Assembly: GCA_963663545.1 (NCBI GenBank)
Contig: OY760505.1
Location: 288,001-352,000, forward strand
Source of the DNA: Candidatus Delongbacteria bacterium
Lineage (GTDB): Bacteria > CAIWAD01
Reading direction: 5' to 3'
Length of the DNA: 64,000 bases
A model generated the notes under the pieces. It was not told the DNA's origin. It did not search any database and saw only the letters and a list, made by a program, of their open reading frames with translations. Shown in pieces: positions 20,704 through 29,974 of the stretch. The translations under genes were made by a program, and so were the position numbers. Every line of letters begins with the position of its first letter. The first letter of the stretch is position 1.

Positions 20704-22977
20704 TCAGTCGAAAGATGCATGAACTCTGAAAAACTGCCGGGGCCACGTGTGGGAATCTAAACTGAAAGTTGTATCGGCTGTAACTTCAGCTAGCAAGCCC
20801 CATTCCTCAAAAGGAGCATATGAATCAACGGAGCTATAGATTTTATAGCCTGCGGCATACTGAACTGGATGCCAAGAGATTCTTAGACCAGTTGAGTCCT
20901 GCGAGGTGAAACTAAGTGTCGGGGCGTCTGAAAGCGAGTGTGGAAAAATCTCATCATGTAACTCGTTCAACCATGGCGTGAAATTACAGCTTCCGGAAAA
21001 GAGGTGAATCCCATCTGCAATGGAGGATGAATCCGTTGTGCCCCAATACATGAAGCCGAGATCCAGCTCAGCGGCATTGTTGTGGTAAACATTAAAGAGC
21101 CCGTTTGAATGAATATCGTTCCATTCAGAAACCGCTCCACCACCGTTCAACCCGCTGCTCTCGTTGTACAAATAGACACCATGAGTGCCATTATCAACTA
21201 TGTAACAGTTTATCAATGTCGGAGTGGAGTTTGGCCCCACATAGATCCCCGCTGTCTCGCTGTATCTGACTAAGCAGTTTGCGAAAGTGACTTCGTGGGA
21301 AGTTGACAGTCGGACACAACCAGTCGAAGAACCCGCATATTCAATTACACAGTCGGAACATCTGCAAGTTGACATCCCAAATGAATTATTAAACTGGATA
21401 CCCTTCCAATCACCGGGAGCAGGCGTTTCGCTATTTGAAGTGAAAACTATTGGTTCAAACTCGCTACCAATTGCCAGTAATGATCCCTGAGCATTTAAAA
21501 GATAATCGCCATTGAACCTAAGTGTGCACCCGGGCGCAATCTCCAGACTATCACCCGCCTGAACAAGTAAATCATCATCAATGATGTATGGAACATTGTA
21601 GTTATTCCAATATCCGCGACAACCATCTCCTTCGACTACTAGAATACCCTGAAAGGCATTATCATGCAAATTGAGCGGACCTGTGATGTTTGAAACACTT
21701 ACAGCCTCTAAAATTATCGGATAATCATCACAGTCCATGATTTCGCAATTATTCATTTCGACTTCGCAATCTATACCCAAACATATACCTGGACCAGAGC
21801 ATTCGCCTATTACACAATCATCGAAACATGCACGCGAGCTACTTATTGAAAACCCTCCGTACAAAGAAAACTGAATGTTGGAATTGCTAATGTTAACATT
21901 GCCCTGGGAAACTCTGACTGATCCGTTGGAGCTTGAACCGGCGTAGAAAATATCACAGAAGTTTAACCTTGAATCCCGTGAACCTGGATTGAAGGTAAAA
22001 CCGGCCCAATCACCTGCCGCTGGTGATTCATTATCAGAAGTGAAAGTAATCCTGGCTTCAGGTGTGCCTTCCGCAATTAGGGTTCCCGCAACGTTGACTG
22101 AAGCCGGATTAGTTGATACACCAGAAAGCCGTATGATATTGCCTGGATCAATTATTAATGTATCACCTCCTGCAATGCTAACAGATGCGTTTTGTATAAC
22201 ATACGGAACGCCAAAACTTGCCCAGCGCCCCTCAGTTAAACCATTTGCAGTAACAAGGATTGCATCTGTTGCATTTCCATAGATTTCCATGTCTCCGGTA
22301 ATTTCATTCACTCCAGATGCTGATGTCTCAATAGGGTACCCGCCGTTGTTGATAATGGTGCAGTCATTTATGTATGGTTCGGAATAGTAAACGCTTGTAC
22401 CTCTACAGATAACGCCGCCTGCTGCATTATTCCGTATCACGCAGTTCGTAATGGATGCATTATGGACTGTACTAGGCGTGCCGGTGTGAGCCGCGATTTG
22501 TATTCCATATGATGATGAATGCTGAATCGTGCTGTTGGCAATGAGTTTGTTGTCATCGTCGCCGATAACATAGATACCGCTACTCCCAGCATAAGAAATG
22601 TCGCAATAGTCGAATATCACACTATCTGAAGTTGTAGAGTAGAAGCCATTCCAATCTCCAGGATTTGGATTGGGAGAACTGGAGGTGAAGATAATCCGCT
22701 GAGTTAGAGTTCCGATTGCCTGAAGTGACCCGTGTATATAGACTGTTATCCTAAATTGTGCCTCAGCATCAAACTGAACATAGCATCCTGGTAAAATGAT
22801 CAGCGTTGCTCCCGTTCCGATCGTTAATCCTGCCCAGACAACATGTGGATTATCAGCTGGCGACCACACCTCATCCTCAAACAAATGACCGGAATGATAG
22901 GTTTGGGCCGATAGTGTAAGAGGCAAGAAAAGCAGACTCAGTATAACAACTAATTGCTGGACACAAATGCGATTCAT
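20704..22977 (-). CDS. Secreted right-handed parallel beta-helix repeat protein with FN3-like C-terminal tail
   Basis: Signal peptide after a GGAG RBS; three I(I/T/V)FTS....P.(P/A)GDW.G repeats; N/G/I-rich beta-helix turns; AT-rich. Confidence 0.8.
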   Translation of the reverse strand: MNRICVQQLVVILSLLFLPLTLSAQTYHSGHLFEDEVWSPADNPHVVWAGLTIGTGATLIILPGCYVQFDAEAQFRITVYIHGSLQAIGTLTQRIIFTSSSPNPNPGDWNGFYSTTSDSVIFDYCDISYAGSSGIYVIGDDDNKLIANSTIQHSSSYGIQIAAHTGTPSTVHNASITNCVIRNNAAGGVICRGTSVYYSEPYINDCTIINNGGYPIETSASGVNEITGDMEIYGNATDAILVTANGLTEGRWASFGVPYVIQNASVSIAGGDTLIIDPGNIIRLSGVSTNPASVNVAGTLIAEGTPEARITFTSDNESPAAGDWAGFTFNPGSRDSRLNFCDIFYAGSSSNGSVRVSQGNVNISNSNIQFSLYGGFSISSSRACFDDCVIGECSGPGICLGIDCEVEMNNCEIMDCDDYPIILEAVSVSNITGPLNLHDNAFQGILVVEGDGCRGYWNNYNVPYIIDDDLLVQAGDSLEIAPGCTLRFNGDYLLNAQGSLLAIGSEFEPIVFTSNSETPAPGDWKGIQFNNSFGMSTCRCSDCVIEYAGSSTGCVRLSTSHEVTFANCLVRYSETAGIYVGPNSTPTLINCYIVDNGTHGVYLYNESSGLNGGGAVSEWNDIHSNGLFNVYHNNAAELDLGFMYWGTTDSSSIADGIHLFSGSCNFTPWLNELHDEIFPHSLSDAPTLSFTSQDSTGLRISWHPVQYAAGYKIYSSVDSYAPFEEWGLLAEVTADTTFSLDSHTWPRQFFRVHASFD

Positions 22978-23172
22978 TTGGACACTCCCTGAGATAGACG
23001 AAAATTGAGAACACTGCAATTCCCAGACCTACGCCATCTCCATATGAATAACAATTGTTTACTGCCGTAATCTGTTTAATTGGAAGACCCAAAATGTACA
23101 TTTTCGTTCACCGTATATAGGTATGTAAATGATATTTCACTGGTATTCTTTGATTGCGGATTCTGCTTCTCT

Positions 23173-23247
23173 GCCTAACGGCGAGCATGAACCGCGTCGT
23201 GAAGGCCGTCGGCGGCCTTCACGTCGCGTTCCATGCTCTTGTTAGCT
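23173..23247 (-). other. attC site
   Basis: Minus strand AGCTAAC-aagagcatggaacgcgacgtgaaggcc...ggccttcacgacgcggttcatgctcgcc-GTTAGGC; the upstream gene's TAA lies in R''. Confidence 0.92.
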
Positions 23248-25305
23248 GTCCGTCTTCTTCTCCGCAATTGCACATAGCCAAGGAATGCTCTTACTTCCTC
23301 TCTCCTCAATCTCTCGCGCTATCTTCCTGACGAGGAACCCGTTCCTCTCAAGCACTCCAGTGAGAGAGCCGAAAGTATGAAATTGAAAAAAGCGTCCGCC
23401 GAGCCCCTCTTCAGTATCAAGAAAAGACAGACCATCTCCCTCTTTCGTCATCACAAAAAGGAGTCCGTGCGGTCGAAGAACGCGGTTGGATTCCGCCAAA
23501 GCTGCATCAGCCATAACTCCTTTTGCGATCACAGGCAAATGAAGAAGGGAAGCATTCTGCCTAACGACATCGAATGACTCCCCCTCGAAGTGGGAAAGAT
23601 CACGCATGTCGCATTCGACCACGCTTCCGTCAGTAAGAATACCAACTTGGATTTTATCCTCAATCATCCTGACAAAGGCAGGGCACTTCTCGATTCCCAC
23701 TGCGTCGATCTTTAACACGTTTTGAGCGTAATCGAGATCGCGACCGTTACCCGTCGCCACGTCAAGGATCCGGGGGCGTTCGAGCCCAAGGGCAGAGGCA
23801 CAGTGCGACAACATTTCACGCCACAGCCTCTTGTCCAAATCGTGAGGCTCCGTCCAGCGTATCTCCGCGTAACGATTAGCTCCGCAATCGTATGTTGATA
23901 CTGTCAGGTCAATCAATCGCTCTGCAAGAGCTACTGCGGCGCTCTGCGCGGCATGCCTGTCAGCGGGGTGACATTCGGTTATGCCTTGCAGAAGGTTCGC
24001 GAGTTCCGCTGTCATGTCATAACCAGATGTCATGTTTCGTCTCCTTATTGTATCCATGATCGTAGATGTCGTGTGTTCTCTTCCGTCGACTTCCGGTGTC
24101 TCCCGGAAAAGCCCCCAATATGCGCACTCCCTGGGACCCAATTTGAACAGGACGGGTGGTGACTCTCGGGCACTCAGCCCCGAGATCCGCTCACTCATTG
24201 TGCGGGCCACAACAAAAGCGTTGTATAGCGGAATATCCAGGATTCCGTGTACTAGCTCAAACGCACGGCATCCCTTAATCAAGGCGAGGTCAGCGAGGCG
24301 CACGAGGCCGCGCACCTCTGGCGATAGCTTGGTCCAGTTCAGGGCGGCCAGCGAAGGACCACTGGCAGTCCAAAAGAAGCGACCAGTGGCCGACAAGCCC
24401 CGCAGTTCACGGTATGGCGGAAGATGGAGAATCTGCAGTAGCTGCTGCAAACTGAGGTCATTACCATATTCTGCCCTTTTCGGCACCACGCACACGCTGG
24501 TGTGCCTCGCGTGACGGAGAAGCTCTTGGACAACCAGCAAGTCGAAGAACGACTCTATCACATCATCGGTGAACCACAGCACCAGTGCGGAGTGACCGAA
24601 GTCCTCAACAAACGCCTCAAACTCGAAGAGTGGTGTTGGGTGCAGGGCGCGTGATATGAGCTGTTCCAGGTAGCGCTCCGCGTCCTCGTCCGTGAGAGGT
24701 CTACCAACGTAGTCGGCGAGTGGTATGCCCACATCGCGAACAGTGGAGGCCGCGCTCGAGGCTCCCTTTAGATCGAGGCCAGAACACCCTGCTGCAATAG
24801 CCAATCGAACGAACTCCGAAAGGTCATGTTGGCCCGCCTCGCGCAATCGAAGAACGACGCGCGGAAGCAAGTCAAAGGCAAGGCGGTTGAACTCCGCATG
24901 GGAAGGCTTGGTCTCGTAGCCGTCGCGTAGAGCTGTGGCCCGCACAACCCGGCAGACTACATCCGGAATCTCTTGATTCCAGAGGGAGCGCGCGAGGATC
25001 CTTCCCCGGTGGGACAGGGCCAGAAACCGCTTCAGTTCGGCTATGCACGCGTCGGATAGGCGATGTGTCTCTTTCGAGCCGATCCCAGGGATGCACCGGT
25101 TGATGTACTCAAGTACTTGATCGCGGATCCAGTCGTCGGCGGATGGCTCACTGTCACCAAGCTCGACGAGATGTGTGCGCCGGTCATGGAGAGTAAAGGA
25201 CATGGGCAAGACTTCCGCGCTATAGCTTCCAACCTCACTAACGTCGAAGAAAGGGAAGTCATCACCCAGGAGATCCGCGAGTTCATCCATTGTCTTGATC
25301 CCCAT
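23242..25305 (-). CDS. Fusion of a DUF89/ARMT1-like metal-dependent phosphatase domain and a class I SAM methyltransferase
   Basis: WFTDDVIESFFD, YGND and ADLALIKGCRAFE resemble DUF89 motifs; C-terminal ILDVATGNGRD, CDMRDL, NASLLHLP are MTase motifs. Confidence 0.7.
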   Translation of the reverse strand: MGIKTMDELADLLGDDFPFFDVSEVGSYSAEVLPMSFTLHDRRTHLVELGDSEPSADDWIRDQVLEYINRCIPGIGSKETHRLSDACIAELKRFLALSHRGRILARSLWNQEIPDVVCRVVRATALRDGYETKPSHAEFNRLAFDLLPRVVLRLREAGQHDLSEFVRLAIAAGCSGLDLKGASSAASTVRDVGIPLADYVGRPLTDEDAERYLEQLISRALHPTPLFEFEAFVEDFGHSALVLWFTDDVIESFFDLLVVQELLRHARHTSVCVVPKRAEYGNDLSLQQLLQILHLPPYRELRGLSATGRFFWTASGPSLAALNWTKLSPEVRGLVRLADLALIKGCRAFELVHGILDIPLYNAFVVARTMSERISGLSARESPPVLFKLGPRECAYWGLFRETPEVDGREHTTSTIMDTIRRRNMTSGYDMTAELANLLQGITECHPADRHAAQSAAVALAERLIDLTVSTYDCGANRYAEIRWTEPHDLDKRLWREMLSHCASALGLERPRILDVATGNGRDLDYAQNVLKIDAVGIEKCPAFVRMIEDKIQVGILTDGSVVECDMRDLSHFEGESFDVVRQNASLLHLPVIAKGVMADAALAESNRVLRPHGLLFVMTKEGDGLSFLDTEEGLGGRFFQFHTFGSLTGVLERNGFLVRKIAREIEERGSKSIPWLCAIAEKKTDS

Positions 25306-26131
25306 CGTCCTTCATCTGATCACCATTGCCTTGATCCCACAGGTGGTCGAAATACGTGTTCAGCTTCGCGTATCCATGAGATCCCTTTCGAAAGACGATC
25401 ATCGGCAACCTCACTGGTGCGTCGCAGGAGAGGATGTTCGGCGAGAAGTAGCACCTATCGCTGAAAATGATGCATGTGCAGTACGGAGCTTGCATGTAGA
25501 AGCGATGGCTTATGGGGTGTTTGGAGAATGTCCGGTTCAAGTTGCCGATAGAGGCGACGGTGCTCTGTATGTCGATTGCGATTAGGGGCTCCTTCTCAAA
25601 CTCAGGGGTCTCAATTCTGGCCCGGTTGGTGGTCTCTGGCGCTTCTGGATGGGACAAGAGTGCCTTGACTGACACTGCTCCCGTCTCCTCGCTGAGTGAA
25701 CATATCTTGTAGATTGATCTGTAAAATGGGCCTGTTTGATTGAAGAAAACCCGAAGGGAAACTCCCACAAGCTTCACCTCGCCAGTAGTTGCATTGTCGA
25801 ATGCCGATTTAAGCGATATGAACGCGTTGTCAGGATACTCGTTCTGTTCGCGATCCTTGTAGACCCGGATGATGCCACCCTCCGCCAAATCCCGGAAAGC
25901 GGTCCAAATCGTGTCGGCGTCCTCCCGCTGCTTCACATGGTCGTAGAAGAAGCCCACCAAGAGGGGAAAGAGGATGCATGATCCCACCTGCGCGACAAGA
26001 AGAAGGACAATGGCCTTGAGAAGGCTTACGCTTGTCAACTGAGTGTTGAAGAGGGGGATCAGTAGGGAGATCGAGACGAGAAGGGATGAAACGGTTACCC
26101 AGAAGATGAACCAGTATCGCGTTTGCTTCAT
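25283..26131 (-). CDS. Two-TM membrane protein with DUF5919-like (PLD-like fold) cytoplasmic domain
   Basis: True start MKQTRYW at 26131 (the longer ORF runs through attC); two hydrophobic helices; VKLVGVSL, LLSHPEA...RARIE, FDHLWD patterns; overlaps the next gene. Confidence 0.6.
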   Translation of the reverse strand: MKQTRYWFIFWVTVSSLLVSISLLIPLFNTQLTSVSLLKAIVLLLVAQVGSCILFPLLVGFFYDHVKQREDADTIWTAFRDLAEGGIIRVYKDREQNEYPDNAFISLKSAFDNATTGEVKLVGVSLRVFFNQTGPFYRSIYKICSLSEETGAVSVKALLSHPEAPETTNRARIETPEFEKEPLIAIDIQSTVASIGNLNRTFSKHPISHRFYMQAPYCTCIIFSDRCYFSPNILSCDAPVRLPMIVFRKGSHGYAKLNTYFDHLWDQGNGDQMKDDGDQDNG

Positions 26132-26146
26132 TGTATGTTTCCCCAC

Positions 26147-26274
26147 AGCTAACGTGGTGTCCAGTGGGTGGGCGTCGAATCGCGACAGCCGACCAGAGAA
26201 CGAAATTTGTTGAGTGAAGACAGTGGTTAACAAAGGCGCGCTGTCGCCTGATCCACTGCAACACATGGTTAGCC
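26147..26274 (-). other. attC site
   Basis: Minus strand GGCTAAC-catgtgttgcagtgg...ccactggacaccac-GTTAGCT, 128 bp, with inner gcgacagc/gctgtcgc stem. Confidence 0.88.
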
Positions 26275-26275
26275 A

Positions 26276-26929
26276 TCATGCAGAAGGCAAAGTAAGTTTG
26301 TTAAGCTTTTCTACAAACGAGGAGGCTGAAGACCAGAAGAAGTCAGCGACTTCGTCAGCGAAATAATGCCAATTACTTCCCTCCTCTATGTGTCTTGATT
26401 CTAGAAGACCTTTCTTCAACAGGAAGTCCTCGACCTTTTTGTAGCCGCCGGAAAACTCTTCTTCCCAGAAGCCCCCAACGGCTGGTGGAAAGCACAGTTT
26501 ATAGCCAACCGCCCGACCGTGAGCAATGACATTCCTGAAATAGAACAACGTCTTTACGTTTTCCCAAAGCGCTGGATCACCGATGGTTTCGCTGGCTTTT
26601 TTTCCAACAACTAGCGAAAAGACTTCATCGTAGTTTTCGCTTCCGGTTGTTTTGGCAACGCGAAGACGAAGATCGTCTATAAGGCGCTTGTATAGAGGTA
26701 GAGAGTGTTCGCCACCTGTATTGATGTTCTTAATCAGGATGCGTTCGAAGTTGCCTTCGATAAAGTATGCAGAAGCAAGAATGATGGAATAGTTTATTCC
26801 CGATCGGATCGCCTCCGAGAGGTCTGGAGATGTTCTTTGCGTCGTTTGCCATTCAATCCACGGTGGGATGCACTCGAAGACATGAAAAGATTCGTGCGCT
26901 ACCGACCAGTTGCTAGGAGTAGATGCCAT
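26276..26929 (-). CDS. Hypothetical cassette protein with HEPN-like R-x4-H motif
   Basis: Helical protein with YFIEG...FRNVIAHG; sole gene between two attC sites. Confidence 0.6.
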   Translation of the reverse strand: MASTPSNWSVAHESFHVFECIPPWIEWQTTQRTSPDLSEAIRSGINYSIILASAYFIEGNFERILIKNINTGGEHSLPLYKRLIDDLRLRVAKTTGSENYDEVFSLVVGKKASETIGDPALWENVKTLFYFRNVIAHGRAVGYKLCFPPAVGGFWEEEFSGGYKKVEDFLLKKGLLESRHIEEGSNWHYFADEVADFFWSSASSFVEKLNKLTLPSA

Positions 26930-26942
26930 GATTCCCTCTAAG

Positions 26943-27005
26943 GGCTAACGCTGCTTTTCAGCGGGCGCAGGCTTTTTGCGATCCTCTGCAAAAGCCTTGT
27001 TAGAT
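26943..27005 (-). other. attC site
   Basis: Minus strand ATCTAAC-aaggcttttgcag...ctgaaaagcagc-GTTAGCC, 63 bp. Confidence 0.92.
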
Positions 27006-27008
27006 TTA

Positions 27009-28394
27009 TCATCTCCTAATTTCCCGTATTATCCCTGGTATGTCTGAATGTTCGTTAACCCAAATCACAGAAACACCGAGTTTATTGAATGTTGACTCCT
27101 CTAACCCTCTAAACACGTTAGATATCTTATTTATGTCTCCAATATTTTTCAGACTTTTATTAGGTTTCCAGTGGTCTTTTAGGATTGCGTAATGGCGTAC
27201 CCCAGGTCTCTTTCTATGAGATATCTCCAATAATCTGCGTAAATTTGGATCGGTCATGCTTAAGCCCACAAAAAGACAAACATTATTTCTGAGTAAATTC
27301 AATTGTGTAATGTTTGTCCAGGCGTAAGGATCATTAAACTGAGAATGGTATGCCTCTTCACTTAATACCAATGATTCTCGGTATTTAGTGTTCAATTTCC
27401 CCTTAAAGGGAAGAAAACCATGGGGATGGAATACAGGTAGCTCGTTTTTAGATGGAATATCACCTTCAGAAACAATTACATAATAATCAACAGACCTCTT
27501 CTGCAGTTCAATTTCTAAAATTTCATCGTAGTTGTATGTTACTAACCCGACCAAGCCTTGGCGCTTTCTTCCTGGCACACACAAAGCGCCAATCTCTTCG
27601 ACTAATTCAGAGCTTTTTGTGGAATCAAAATTTAAATAAAGACTTCTTCTAACATACTCTGGAAAATTATTGCCCAAGCTGTCTCTCAAAATTCTAGCAG
27701 TTATCAAAGGGGATGCAGGAATTTCAGATTTGAAATAATTCACTAAAGAGCCTTTGCTACTCTTTAAACTTTTGAACGCAGGGTTTTTTCCAACAAGTGA
27801 TATAGATAAACTATTTAGCAGACTTTCCCATGATGGGAGCCCCGATGCCAATGATATTCCGGCACCAAGAAATAAAACTAATTGGTCCTCAAGATATGCA
27901 GACTTAAGTGAAGCTAAGTTCTGTTTTGTAATTGCATTTACATCTCGGTCCTCAAATATCTCTACTGCTTGGTTTAAATATTTTCTATCGTAAGTGAATG
28001 CGGCTTCAGGATTTTGCGAGGATAATCGCTCTACCTCTTCTTTTCCGTAGATTTCTATGACATTATTAGGAAACCGATCATGCAAATTGGCTTTTAATTT
28101 ATTCAGGCGAGAGGAACTCTGATTTGTAACTAAAAGGATGCTTGCAAAATTATAGTTGGTTCTAAATGACCTGTCTATTACTTTTCTCAAGCTTTCCCAT
28201 GATGCTAAATACTTAATCTCAATTACACATGGCCCCGGCAAATTTAAAATTCCGTCTGGTGCGATTGCATTGAACCCATAGTCCGAACCTGTTTCAGGGC
28301 CGGCGAGAAGTATCTTATTTTCTTTTCGGGATACTGCCCTAAGTATATTAAGAACATAACTTTCAAATTGGAAAGCGTGCAAAATATCTTGCAT
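27009..28394 (-). CDS. SIR2-family (SIR2_2-like) protein with N-terminal restriction-endonuclease-like domain
   Basis: LFLGAGIS..SGLPSW, TYNYD, HPHG, FVGLSMTDPN; N-terminal VIEIK; start moved downstream of attC (RBS GAGGTG). Confidence 0.85.
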   Translation of the reverse strand: MQDILHAFQFESYVLNILRAVSRKENKILLAGPETGSDYGFNAIAPDGILNLPGPCVIEIKYLASWESLRKVIDRSFRTNYNFASILLVTNQSSSRLNKLKANLHDRFPNNVIEIYGKEEVERLSSQNPEAAFTYDRKYLNQAVEIFEDRDVNAITKQNLASLKSAYLEDQLVLFLGAGISLASGLPSWESLLNSLSISLVGKNPAFKSLKSSKGSLVNYFKSEIPASPLITARILRDSLGNNFPEYVRRSLYLNFDSTKSSELVEEIGALCVPGRKRQGLVGLVTYNYDEILEIELQKRSVDYYVIVSEGDIPSKNELPVFHPHGFLPFKGKLNTKYRESLVLSEEAYHSQFNDPYAWTNITQLNLLRNNVCLFVGLSMTDPNLRRLLEISHRKRPGVRHYAILKDHWKPNKSLKNIGDINKISNVFRGLEESTFNKLGVSVIWVNEHSDIPGIIREIRR

Positions 28395-28420
28395 TCCTAT
28401 CACCTCTATCATTTCACGAA

Positions 28421-28506
28421 ATCTAACGTTTGGGCTCAGGGGCGTCAAAAAGCGGAGCGAGGAACGAGCGCAGCTTTTTGACGTCCCTTTGAGCCCATTG
28501 TTATGC
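28421..28506 (-). other. attC site
   Basis: Minus strand GCATAAC-aatgggctcaaagggacgtcaaaaagc...gctttttgacgcccctgagcccaaac-GTTAGAT; the upstream gene's TAA lies in R''. Confidence 0.93.
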
Positions 28507-29427
28507 AAATTCTATTTCTTGGTGTCGTTTTAGCCAGCTTATAATCTCTGTTTGATCTCGAAGGTCTAGGCGCCATTGATGGTGCTCCTTTGCTTGTTGC
28601 TGAGCTGCCGAAGTGAAGCGACTGGTAGTTGCAATCATTCCCATAGTTGCCCTGAACTCTTCATTTACCCAATACATTACATTTCTTACTATCGATATAT
28701 CCACGGGATTACTTTGTGAGTGTCTTTTGCACTCCACGATTAATTTCACCGGTACACCCTCAATAAACTTGGACGATACAGCAATTATATCAGGACCTGG
28801 TGCATTGTTTCGTTTTACTAAATCAACAGCCCATCCATCTGCTTTAAGCAATTCGGCCACCATATTCTCAAAATCGCGTGGTGATACTATTTCCAACTCT
28901 TCAGGGTGCTCAATTAAATATTTAATATCCTTTTTTGTAATTTTAGACAGGAGTATTACAGAAGTTTCATCTCCTTCAAAAGCAGGCTCTTTTATATGCT
29001 TTAGTGCGAGGATTACTTGCTTTTTGAACTCAGCCTTGCTGTCGTAGCTGCTAATAACTCTTGACTCGGCAATCTTACCAAGTAGCGCACCGTAACTTGG
29101 ACGGTTATCTATTGCGTGCTTCGTAGATATTAAACCAGAGCGCCGTATAAAAAAGAAAACAGGCTTCCCAAAACTTTCCGCCAATTGAGTTTCAAATATA
29201 ACTCCAGGAACATTAACGTCATGTACCATCGTCCCCATTCTTGTTCCCAGAATGGTTAACACCGCGTCACATTGTTGAATAGAGCGGTTTAGGATTTCTT
29301 GAACAGTGAGTGTGGTAGCTGGAAAATATTCCCACATTACCGGAATGTGGCCAGCCGATAATATCGCATCTCTTGCGATTTCCCGTTCTTCCGCCATTTC
29401 AGACGTAGAACTGATGAAGATTCTCAT
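28501..29427 (-). CDS. DUF4062 domain + Mrr-like restriction endonuclease
   Basis: MRIFISST..MAEER...WEYFPA (DUF4062); SPRDFENMVAELL...PDIIA...VECKRH...TTSRFT (Mrr_cat PD-(D/E)xK). Confidence 0.85.
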   Translation of the reverse strand: MRIFISSTSEMAEEREIARDAILSAGHIPVMWEYFPATTLTVQEILNRSIQQCDAVLTILGTRMGTMVHDVNVPGVIFETQLAESFGKPVFFFIRRSGLISTKHAIDNRPSYGALLGKIAESRVISSYDSKAEFKKQVILALKHIKEPAFEGDETSVILLSKITKKDIKYLIEHPEELEIVSPRDFENMVAELLKADGWAVDLVKRNNAPGPDIIAVSSKFIEGVPVKLIVECKRHSQSNPVDISIVRNVMYWVNEEFRATMGMIATTSRFTSAAQQQAKEHHQWRLDLRDQTEIISWLKRHQEIEFA

Positions 29428-29450
29428 TCCATTTCGGCTCTGGTTTTCAT

Positions 29451-29510
29451 GCATAACATCTGATTCTACGGACCGTATAAGAACAGCCCTTGTGCCTTAT
29501 GCGGGTCCTG
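29451..29510 (-). other. First recombination core of the array (attI or eroded attC)
   Basis: GTTATGC core at 29451-29457 complements R'' of the first cassette; only a short residual hairpin upstream. Confidence 0.55.
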
Positions 29511-29974
29511 ATAAGTACGACAACCACATTGCTGCTTCTCTGTGCTTCCCATCCAATGTGTCCCTGAGAGTAGATATTCGGAGTAGGCAAAACAAGAGAA
29601 ATCACGGCTTTGTCCAGAATACATATCACCCGAAGTCGGCCCTGCAGCCTTCTCCAGGAATCTGTTTGCCTGCCCTACATAATCTCTTATCCCGACACAG
29701 AACGCGTACTTATCTGGGCAGACTTATCCTGACAGAGCCAGAGCTCCCGCCCTCCCTCCACGCCACCAGCCAATGACCATTTTCAGATTTCTGCATTCGT
29801 ACAGAAAGCAAGCCATTCATGTGCGTGCTGAGGGACATCGGGCCTTCCCTGTCATTGGGACGCGCACTCGACACCGTCGACTAGACTTCGGACCTCGCAC
29901 ATCGTCTAGTCGTTCGACGAAGCCGTGCTTCAGGTCTTTGCCATCTGCGCCTCGCTGCGAATATGCACGGCTTC

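Larger units (their letters stand above)
20038..29457 (-). mobile_element. Integron gene-cassette array without integrase in the window (CALIN-like), ~6 cassettes
   Basis: Co-oriented genes of mixed composition, separated by RYYYAAC...GTTRRRY imperfect palindromes; each intact cassette's 5' core complements its own R'' site. Confidence 0.9.

Noticed and set aside
26132-26266. N-terminal extensions of the 327-aa ORF (and of the 499-aa ORF at 28413-28508)
   Set aside because: They read through attC sites; the true starts lie downstream of the GTTRRRY cores
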